From positions 1-47,857 of the forward strand of contig NKIB01014081.1 in NCBI GenBank assembly GCA_002256025.1: a DNA stretch of 47,857 nucleotides. The letters are read 5' to 3'. This document shows, piece by piece, positions 35,131 to 44,747 of this stretch. The stretch comes from Asterionella formosa. Taxonomy: Eukaryota. A program made the position numbers and the translations under genes. The notes under the pieces are model-generated. The model ran no database searches and was not told the origin of the DNA. It saw only the letters and a list, made by a program, of their open reading frames with translations. Every line of letters begins with the position of its first letter. Within the stretch, counting starts at the first letter, position 1.

Positions 35131-35234
35131 ACGATTCGTTAGATCATACTCACTGCCTTCCCTTCACATGAAGGCCCTGTGAACGATTCGTTAGATCATA
35201 CTCACTGCCTTCCCTTCACATGAAGGCCCTGTGA
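35131..35234. repeat. Exact 52-bp tandem duplication
   Basis: acgattcgttagatcatactcactgccttcccttcacatgaaggccctgtga occurs at 35131 and 35183. Confidence 0.95.
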
Positions 35235-35385
35235 AAATTGAAGACATTTGCATTCAATATTTACTCTATGTATGTATTTCGTTAATATCTATTTATACAA
35301 GAAACCATGGAAAACACGGTAACTGAATGTGGGTATGAGATTCTGATGACTCAGTCGGAAGCCTTGGTTGGCCGTTGCGCGAAAC

Positions 35386-35623
35386 ATGAACTGTGACTGC
35401 GTACCAATATTTTAGTATGTAGACGGATGAACTGTGACTGCTGACCAATATTTTACTATATAGAAAAAGGGTAACGATAATGATGCTGGACCTTTGTAAC
35501 CATGTTAATGTCAACGGCAACCTGCAAATGACTGCTTACCAATATTTTACTACATAGAGAAAGGGCAAGGATGACGTGCTGGAACTTTGTAACCATGTTA
35601 ATTGCAACGGCCACCTGGAAATG
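35386..35623. repeat. Diverged tandem repeat: a 41-bp partial unit plus two ~92-bp units
   Basis: tgactgc..accaatatttta recurs three times; ctttgtaaccatgttaat..caacggc.acctg.aaatg recurs twice. Confidence 0.8.
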
Positions 35624-36199
35624 TTAATTAATATTTCATGTCCGTAGCTAAGACGACAGTGCAGCATATATGTACAGACATATTGTACCTGTATATATCT
35701 AAAATACGTTGATGACCGTAATTTGACTATAAGGTCATCGGTTTTTAATGGACCATGGATTAAATGTTGAGAAATGCAGGAATGCTTCCGTTACAAATCT
35801 ATGAATGCATTAGCCAAAATACCTAATTAATTTATTCTTTTAACAAAAACCTTAATATTCACCATCCATCTCATGGTCACCTCAATCCTATGATATACAG
35901 GAGAAAGCAGTGAATGCATAGATGTACTTAGTTTATTGGATTCATTCCGGCTCAATAGGCTGATTTCAGTCTCCCTTTGAGGCTCAATTTGAAAACCTTA
36001 CTGTTACTTTCCTTTAACTTTAGATAGATCATTGCATAGTACTTTTCTCATGATTAAAAGGGCTTTATACATTTTAAAGCCAAAGAATTGAATTTTGAAC
36101 TACTAATATTTATGCATGTGTTAGTCACGACATGAATAATTCTGCAGACACAGATCAGCAGTCTGGACTGGTGGAAGGACTCAATACTGTTTCAATGGA

Positions 36200-36830
36200 A
36201 ATGATATCAACAACAATCAACACATTGAAGCATACCCATGGATCATACAAAATATATGCAAGTCGTCATTTTCCAGTCTACACATGTACTTTGGAGGTGG
36301 GATCTGTCAGCACCACAAGAACTTCTGTCCCAAAAAATGTCTTGCCTTTGGGCAGCCCAAAAACTCTGTGCTCAGCATTTTTAGTCAATCTTGACAACCT
36401 TCTAAGCGATTATTCTTTTTCTTTGTAATAATGATTATTCTTTTTCTTTGTAATAATGATTACATACCAATGCCTCTGCAAAAAGCTTGCGAAAACCAAG
36501 TGTGGCATCAACCTCCTCCTGAATGCAGAAATATTTATATGCCAGCATAGCATGATTTACTTCCATGACTGAAAGGAAGAATGCAAACACTCTATTTGGC
36601 CACCATTTTGTTGCCCATACCACCTCCAGAATGATTGGGGAGTGCCACTTTGCATTATGATCAGCCATTAACAGCATGCCGAAACTTTTAGTGGTTGTAG
36701 AAAACCACTGTATATATGTAATCTGTTCTTGTTATTCATGATCTGCACACACTTACTACCCTCTACCATTCTCATTGCACTAGTTTATCAATACATCAAA
36801 GTGGATACAGGTATGTCACCTACCCTTTGA
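36200..36830 (-). mobile_element. piggyBac (PGBD)-type transposase relic, C-terminal part
   Basis: KFRHAV.(fs)DHNAKWHSPIILEVVWATKWWPNRVFAFFLSVMEVN...LGFRKLFAEALVCN, matching the stramenopile piggyBac motif VDDHN.RRH.PISLE..WATKWW..RVFAF....EVN. It contains a 25-bp tandem duplication at ~36408-36460. Confidence 0.8.
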
Positions 36831-36994
36831 TCAATGATAAACAAAATAGTATCGTTCCAGAACTCAAAAGGAAAGGTTAAATCAAATATCTGGAAGGCAG
36901 CCAATTTCAAATGAATTGGAAATGACAAAAATATTGGATTTCTCTTCTTTTCAGATGCTGGGGCAATTAATTGTCAGCACCTATATCATTAAAT

Positions 36995-37176
36995 CCAAAA
37001 ATTGAAATTAGATTTTTTGGTATGTTAAAGCTATCCAATAATCGCACTCATGCCCACATTTTCAATGGAAACAATTAATACCGGTTTTGTTTGTCTGTAC
37101 AGTACAATGGGACCTGTCTTTTCTTCAGCCGCCACACCCCCTGGAACCCTAGGGAATACATGTAAAAATAGGTGGA
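36995..37176 (-). repeat. Right arm of the ~190-bp inverted-repeat pair (partner at 30800-30995)
   Basis: tccaataatcgcact..tgcccacattttcaatggaaacaattaatac...tacagtacaatgggacctgtc...ggaaccctagggaatacatgtaaaaataggtgga. Confidence 0.85.
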
Positions 37177-37247
37177 GAATGCAGGAATCGAACCCGCCAC
37201 AACAGTACTACAGTAGTAGGTGTGCCAACACTAAGAAGCCATTCCCC
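37173..37247 (-). tRNA. tRNA-Ala-like pseudogene or tRNA-mimic (acceptor stem and T arm intact, D and anticodon arms not canonical)
   Basis: The minus strand reads GGGGAAT...GCGGG TTCGATT CCTGC ATTCTCC A over 75 nt. It has a 7-bp acceptor stem with G3:U70, discriminator A and a consensus B box GGTTCGATTCC, followed by cctattttt. Confidence 0.5.
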
Positions 37248-37374
37248 ACCACCAATATCATTAAATCCAGCCGGAATGGCAATCTGAAGGCATCACTTCA
37301 CCTTCTGCTGCCTCTTCAATTACAGAATCGCCTTCATCATATTAAAAGATGCCTGGATCACCATTAGAAATCAA

Positions 37375-37750
37375 GATGGGCAATTTCGGACTCATTTGCA
37401 AATTTCGAAGTGAAAATTGGAAATGTGCAAAATAATTTTTATATGATGGGCTATAGGAAGCTAAAATTGACACTTACACTCAATGAGTGGGCAGTAGACA
37501 AGCAAATGGCATGATAATAACAAGTTTGTGAATTGCCTTGACAATACCCTTCTTGGTGGATACATGCCTTCTCCTAAACATGTGTACTTGGCTGGGATGG
37601 CACTCATGCTAGTAGCTAGGGTGACCTTCTTGCCATGCTGGGGGTGCCATTTGCTTGTATGGCTATCCTACTTGCACCATCCACCCCCAGCCTCAAACAC
37701 ATGTATACTAGCAGGCATGGGAGCACCTTGGGTGTGAATTGCCTTCAGTA
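37375..37750 (+). mobile_element. Fold-back hairpin element, copy A (CpG-decayed; core inverted relative to copy B)
   Basis: 37375-37520 aligns directly to 46434-46580, while 37523-37750 aligns to the reverse complement of 46590-46800. Confidence 0.7.
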
Positions 37751-38065
37751 CCTCTTGTTCCTTGGATACGGGGGAAGCTTAATATTATAACTCCATGCAT
37801 GAGGGCGGTTTTGTGGCTTACCAAAAATATTATTTTTGCCACTTTTTTCTGATTCAGTCTGATGAACAGAATGATACTCCATATTTATCAAACCAGGTAT
37901 ATGCAAAGTGATTCACGGGTAGCTTTCTTTTTAATTATGCAAGTAAGTGATAGAATAATACAGGAAACAAAAACAGGTGTACATACACCAAAAATGAATC
38001 TACATCATATCATTGAAACTAAATAATACTCCTTTTTCCTGTTATTATTGCATCACCAATGTGAA

Positions 38066-39106
38066 TTACACAAGACAAGGGGTCTTTCCTTGCTTGTTCT
38101 CAACTGCACGGCTTTCGGGATACCTATTAATCATTTCCTCCACAATACTCATTGAATATCCATATTGAGTTGCAAGATGGAGAGGAAGGTTGCCTTGTTG
38201 CTCTTCTTGGATGGACAAGGACTTATTGCTGGTGTCACATTCCAGCAAACTTTTAATTCCATCATCACAAATACCTGCTGACAGGGCCAAATGCAATGGC
38301 GTTTCACTGTACTTGTTGGTCCATGAAACAACATCGGCTGCTCCATCCAATAGCATTTGTATGACAGACACAGTTGCTGGGTTGTTGGACATGCATGCAA
38401 TATGAAGTGGGTATGAACCATCTCGCAGTTGTGCATCAATCGATTGGAAGCGTAAATCAACATTGCTAACTCCCGACCGAGCTATACCATCAACAACAAC
38501 ATGACGATGTGTCGTGCTTGGTGATGATAACAATGATTGTCGAGGAGGAGCAGGGTAACCAATCTGTTGTGTGTGACACATGTAATAGAGTTTTAAAGTT
38601 AGGGATGACAAACGTGTCAAATGGAGGGGGAGAAGCAAAGCATTTCCGTTGTTCTATTCCCTTACCTTGGTGCGCATTCGCAATGCCTCTGGATAAGCTT
38701 CCATGATCACTCGAACTAGTGCTTCATTCTGAGTAGCGAATCTACATGCCACATGAAGAGGGGTCAAGCCTTCCTTGTTCGTCATGGTCACAGAAGAAGT
38801 GCAGTTAGTATCATTATTATATGATTTCAACATGCATTCAATTAGTTCCACACAAGTCTCGGGATTAGCAGCTGCAATATGGAGAGGCGTATTGCCATGA
38901 ACATCTCTCGTCGTGAGAGTCGAAGGATTTGCGTGGATCAAGGCTTGTACGACTTTGACAGGAGGATTCGACAAACAAGCAATATGTAACGGGGTCCAGC
39001 CATGATCGTCAGTCATTGTGGCTTCTGCAGAATTGAGAGAGGAGCGCTGAATCACTTGATTGGTGCGCTCGTGCTGACATGCTTCATGTAAGACAGTCCA
39101 AGTCAT
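38066..39106 (-). CDS. Ankyrin-repeat protein, two exons (39106-38666 and 38563-38066), 312 aa
   Basis: Repeats GWTPLHIAC, GNTPLHIAA, GLTPLHVAC, GSYPLHIAC, SETPLHLAL and GNLPLHLA. A phase-0 intron at 38564-38665 has donor AAG|GTAAGG, branch CTAAC and acceptor CAG|ATT, and joins the two ORFs in frame. Confidence 0.88.
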
Positions 39107-39527
39107 GATATGGTTGTTTGTTGTTGTGGGTGGTGGTGACTGTTTGCTGTTGGCTGTTGACTGTTGATTCGTTTTCTTATTTTATGAGAACGCCGTTTCT
39201 TGTGGCAAACAGTGTACATGACACTCCTCGATCTGATTGCTGATTTGACACAAGAGTGATGTATTCAAAATAATAGTAGATACACACCAGCATTTTGAAC
39301 TACATTACAGATTCTCGATCTTGCCTGCATCATGGAACAAACATCAATCAGTTAATTTGAAGGTTCGCATCTCTAACATATTTTTTTATCACGACTCACA
39401 TTAGAGCTTCCTTTTCACTCATCACACATTCATACCGGAAGATCAGGAGGAACAGCATGGGCGGAAAGCGCCATGGTCAACAAGGGAGATTAAGCAGAAG
39501 CAGCGTCGTGGGAGCGGCTGTAGGCCG

Positions 39528-39690
39528 TGTACCAGAGAAGTATGATTGATTGAGGTCAAGTAGTACCAGGTACCCCGGAAAGTTCAAAGTTGCTTTGTTA
39601 AAAGGTACCTGGTACCTGGTACTGGTTGGTACACATGTATATACCTGTTTACATGATGTTCGTGTGCGCTCTATATGGTGTACCGGTAGT
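39528..39690. promoter_or_regulatory. GGTACC-rich tract in the divergent ankyrin/PPR intergenic region
   Basis: gtaccaggtaccccgg, ggtacctggtacctggtactggttggtac and ggtgtaccggta lie between head-to-head genes. Confidence 0.55.
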
Positions 39691-40102
39691 GATTCTACGA
39701 CAATCATAATTGGGTTTCTAGAACATTCAAAGTAGTCAATACGGAATCCTAAGTTTAGGCAACGTCGGAAAAAAGTTCCCTAAACGTTATGCGTTTGGGT
39801 AAGTTTTTGGGATATGGGCACGGAATCCTCTAAACGTAATAATGGATTGCTTTGCGTTCACTCGCTCCTGATGATGGCATCGTTTTTTAGTACTGGTAGG
39901 TGTTGCCAGGTATGGCAGGTACTTGTGGTACCGAAACGGAAATGCTGTTAGGTTGGTCTTTTTTTAAGCTTTTTTCTTGTCAGCATGTAAATTTCATTTG
40001 TTCCGCCCCCTCCTCTCCTCTCCTTTCACAGCCATTGTCCATTCTTTCAAGACACTGGTGGCTGCATTCATGACCATAATAGCAAGCAGTGGCTAACACA
40101 AT

Positions 40103-40686
40103 ATGATGGTATCTTTACTATCTACTACTACAAGAAATGTGGTTCAGCGTCGACTCTTATTCAAGACGAATACTACTACTTCCATTACTGCGTCTACTGC
40201 TACTAATGATTCTTCTCATTCTACAACAAGAACGGTCAGCACCGGCTGTCATGATGAGCGAATAGATAACAACGGGCCTTCAGTAGTACGTATGATACAC
40301 ACGACAACGAATGACCGCCGTTTGCAACAACTCAATTATAACAAGAACAACAAGGCTGATTTGAATCAAGTTTGGAAGAATCGAACCAAACGATTCCTAG
40401 AATCCGGAGGAGCAACAACTGCCACCAAGCAACACTCTTCTCCCACTGGTGCTAATAGTTATAGTTCTGCAACTGCTATTGAAAGTATAGCTTTATTACG
40501 ACATTGGTCCAAACAACACTCGGCAGAGGGGACAGAAATGGCATGGAATGTATTGCAACGAATTGTGCAAGATGAGTCAACCTTGACAGCAACATCATCA
40601 CTTCTTACAGTTGATGACATTAATGGATTTTTACATGGGTGGGCCATTAGCATGATTGCATCTAATGGCAATGGGGTTCATGATGG

Positions 40687-40724
<38 letters not shown>

Positions 40725-43003
40725 TAGATCCCAACACACTGTTTCATCATGTCAAAGACTTTGTATCCACAATTCCAAAATCATTTCCAGTGAATTGTCA
40801 AACATACAACACCATTTTAGATGTGGCCATTCGACAAGGTCGGGATGATGCACATTTATTGGCAGATGCTATTGTATTTGATCATTTACAAAAATCGGCA
40901 GATGCTATTTTATTCAATACTGCCATTAGTGCACATGCCAAATTTGGATCCCCTGCTACAGCTCATGCAGTTTTTGATACAATGAAGGAACAACTTACTA
41001 ATAATAATTCTAAAAATGACAGATGCAGCATGGATACAACTTCGGACGAAGCATATGGGTCCTTACTGTCGGCATATGCCAATCATGGTCAACCACATGA
41101 AGCAGAACAACTATTCCTTACTATCCCATTGCCAAATATACATCATTTTAATGCTGTTTTACATGCATGGGCAAAATCTAAAAATACTCATCATGATAGT
41201 GCAGATCGGTGTTATCAACTCTTACAGCAATATATGAACACTACTACCGGGACTGCTGCTATGAAGATTACGGCCGTGTGCTTTGGTACTGTCATTGATG
41301 CGTTTTCAAATCAAGGTAGAGCACATGAAGCACACAAAGTACTATGTGAGTTGTTGGAACTGCATCATGAAACACAAGATCCAGACTTGGTACCTACCAT
41401 TGTGGAATTTAATAGTGTTATTGCGGCATGGGCACGATCTGGTCAACCTGATGCTGTGGAACGAGCACAACGATTGGTAAAAAGTGTTGAAACTATGTTC
41501 CAAGAAGGATATACAACACTACGACCAGGGGTAGAAACATATACAGCCTTGATACATGCGTATGCACAAAGTAAACGACCAGAGGCAGGGAGAATGGCAC
41601 TTGCTACACTTGCAAATATGTGGCAAATGGTACAAGGTGGATCCGTATGGATGACACCAGATGTAACATGTTACAACACAGTGCTGGATTGTCTTGCCAA
41701 ATCATCTTCTATGGATGCTGCTGATGATGCTGAACGTCTCTTACGATCTATGCAGAGCCATAGCATCAATGGGAATTATGGTGCTTCGTTAGCTCCCAAT
41801 GCCGTTTCCTACTCATCTGTCATCAATGCATGGTCTAAAAGTGGAGCCAAGAATGCGCCACAACGAGCTCAAGACTTATTAGATGAATTAAATACACTTT
41901 CTTTATCAACCATTGATATGACGAATGTCAGAGTTGCATACAATGCCGTGGTGATGGCATGGGCACGAAGTGGGGATCCTAATGCCTCGAAGCGAGCTGA
42001 AGCCATAGTGGAAAAAATGAAACAGCTGGAACAACAAGGGGGCAAGAATTGTGGTCCTGATATCTTTACCTACACTGCTCTCCTTCAAAGTTATGCTATG
42101 AATCAACAAGCAGAAAAAGCAGAATCTGTGCTTCTGTGGTTGTGCAAAGACTATCTGGAACACAACGGCAATGTCAAAGTTAATATTATTGCTTTCAACA
42201 CTGTTATTAGTGCTTGGTCTCGACGACGGGAGCATGATGCTGCAATACGAGCCGAAGAGATTTTTTCCAAATTGCAACATGTTCAAGGGCCTTTGGGCAT
42301 TCGGCCAGATACAGTCACATACACATCCATGATTTCGGCGTGGTCAAGTAGTAACGATGCAAGGGCACCCCAGCGTGTCATGAATCTCTTGATGGACATG
42401 CAACACAGGTTCCAATGTGGAGATCAATCCTGTAAACCAAACTCCATCACATTCAATTGGGTCTTGACAGCACTGTCAAAAAATCAGAATGCCAATACAC
42501 TCCAAAATGCGTACAATGTAATTGCAACAATGCATGCAATGACAGCAGATGGACATGATAACTGTAAACCAACACTGAATACATTTAACAGTTTTTTGAA
42601 ATGCGTTGCACGAAGTCGAGTAGATGACAAGGCAAAGCGTGCATGGCAAGTTCTTATGGATATGAAGAATCATTCGGTGACTCCTGATCTTCGTACATTG
42701 AATGAGGTTTTGGCAGCATGTGCGTACTCTGCCAAGTGTAACACAAACACCCGAATGGAAGCGCTTGAGATTGCCTTTACAGTATTTCGTCGGATTTGCC
42801 AAGAACACCAACCAAATCCTGAAACTTTTTCCTTCTTCTTTCAATCAGCTGCTGGGCTTAGTGCAACGGAAGAAGTCGACAAAGCCTATAGTCTTTGCTG
42901 TCAGCTTGGTTATCAAACTAACAAGTACGTATGTAGAGATGTGCAAGCGGCTGCTCCTCACTTATTCTTGAAAAGCGGATGTATTGAATCCAACCCCTTG
43001 TAA
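40103..43003 (+). CDS. Pentatricopeptide-repeat (PPR) protein, 966 aa, probably organelle-targeted
   Basis: Multiple motifs such as PTIVEFNSVIAAWARSG, PDVTCYNTVLDCLAKS, PNAVSYSSVINAWSKSG and PDTVTYTSMISAWSSS. The S/T/R-rich N-terminus resembles a transit peptide, and a (TCA)n poly-Ser lies at 40688-40723. Confidence 0.93.
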
Positions 43004-43444
43004 ATGTTGCAAGACCGAACATGAGATGTTTGAAATCCCATGATACTATTTCAAATGAAGTAACTTTTGTGAAATATCATAATCTTGAGTGCCATGGAAC
43101 TCTATTTTGTTTGACAATACCATTATGTTTAGTTTATTTGTTACTTTTTTAATTCTACTTGCAGATATGACCATCCAAGGCAGATGCCGCCACGAAACCT
43201 TTGTGCTTCTCGTCACGACTGCATTCAGCGAGTAAACACATTGCAATGGAATGAAAATCATGGTTTAAATCCAGCGGGGGGAATGAAAATTTATGTGTAT
43301 ACATACATCGATATAATTACGAGAATTCACTATTGATGTAAACAAACATACCGGTATATACATTTTAAAATCATTATGACATCAGACTGCCAATTTTCGC
43401 AGGTATCGGGGTGAATTGCTTTCTTTTGTTGTTGCTTCTGAATA

Positions 43445-44587
43445 TTATTTTTCAACCGAGATGCGCTGAGCATTCTCGTTTACTTGTTTCATAGAATCAT
43501 AAATGAAATCAGAAAATCCCCCCGGACCATGCACAATGATATCACACTGCTGAACCATGACCTGAATGGCCTTGATGACAATAACCTCCAAGGCTGGATC
43601 ATTCGAAGGGAAATGATTCTCCCAACCACCTTCCTGACCTCGGAATCTGGGCCTATCCAGGTAATGCCATTTCAAGTCAGGAAAGTCATGCCATGCTTCA
43701 TCGATAGCGTTTGCGTCATCTGTAAGGAGAAGCACATTGGCGCCAGGTTCTCGCCGGTCCTTTGGTAGTTTTACAATGTACTCCGAAACGTTGTAAAATT
43801 TTCTGCCTTGATTTTCAATAATGACATCGGCACGACGGACATGAATGATGGAACATCGGCCATGCATGTCTTTTGGGCCGTGATCTCTCAAAAATTCATA
43901 TACCTTTCTTCTCAGCCACTGCAGACTCCTGGTTGCATAATGAAAGGCTCGCATACGATCCGGTGTTTCCTCTAACTTGAAGGCTTTTTCTGTCTCCAAG
44001 GAGTTGGTCTGACAATTACTTAATGGCAGAAAATAACAACTCATGTCCTTTTGCGGGCACGTTGCATTCTCCCCAGTGCCCTTGACCGCAGCGTAATTCC
44101 AATAGTCTAGCCCCGTCCCGTTCAATGTCATTTGCAGCGGTATCTTTGATTGTATCGCATACAAGAGTCCATCAGCAACGTTGTGAAAATTCGCGCCCCA
44201 TCCCGAGCTCCACATCTTTCGGACTGCCACACCTTTGGCACAATCAGAATGAAACTGAACTGTGTGAATTTGATACAGCAAGGCAACAACAGCTGCATTC
44301 TTCATGTGGTCAAAGCACTGGTGAGTCTCATTGTGAGTGCCTTCGTCGTATTCAGGATGATAGGTCCACCAGTTGTCCATGTCAACATGCCAAGGGGTGC
44401 AGATCGTGTCCGAGGGGAGGAGGCCTGATGTACCGTTGGATGCATTCTGTTGTATGTTCAACAATGGCTGTTCTTCCGCCGTGAAATAATCAATTGGCAA
44501 GGCAGAGCCCCGATTTGTTATTCGGGAAACTGTTGCAATAAGGAGGCAAAATCCAATAATTTTGCTGACCTGTTCACTTCCAACCAT
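43445..44587 (-). CDS. Alpha-1,6-fucosyltransferase-like glycosyltransferase (FUT8/NodZ-like), type II membrane protein, 380 aa
   Basis: N-terminal TM anchor, SGWGANF, motif I IIHVRRAD, motif II VLLLTDD and motif III QCDIIVHGPGGFS. Confidence 0.78.
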   Translation of the reverse strand: MVGSEQVSKIIGFCLLIATVSRITNRGSALPIDYFTAEEQPLLNIQQNASNGTSGLLPSDTICTPWHVDMDNWWTYHPEYDEGTHNETHQCFDHMKNAAVVALLYQIHTVQFHSDCAKGVAVRKMWSSGWGANFHNVADGLLYAIQSKIPLQMTLNGTGLDYWNYAAVKGTGENATCPQKDMSCYFLPLSNCQTNSLETEKAFKLEETPDRMRAFHYATRSLQWLRRKVYEFLRDHGPKDMHGRCSIIHVRRADVIIENQGRKFYNVSEYIVKLPKDRREPGANVLLLTDDANAIDEAWHDFPDLKWHYLDRPRFRGQEGGWENHFPSNDPALEVIVIKAIQVMVQQCDIIVHGPGGFSDFIYDSMKQVNENAQRISVEK

Positions 44588-44710
44588 TGCATGCCTGGTA
44601 TTGGATTGCCTTTTGAAAGTTCAACACGTGAAAACAAAAGGCAAAAGAGCGAAAGAGCATAAGGACGAGAAATGAATATAAATTTTTTAATAGATACATA
44701 TTTGCTGAAG

Positions 44711-44747
44711 GCAATTTTTCCCGCTCCAGCTATCGTCTTGCCATTCG
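44711..44747 (-). repeat. Short third fragment of the fold-back family
   Basis: The reverse complement cgaatggcaagacgatagctggagcgggaaaaattgc resembles 46561-46594 cgaatgacgcgacgatagctaaagcgggaattgc. Confidence 0.55.

Noticed and set aside
37173..37247. Functional decoding tRNA-Ala or tmRNA
   Set aside because: No canonical D arm or NGC anticodon loop, and no tag reading frame; kept only as tRNA-like.
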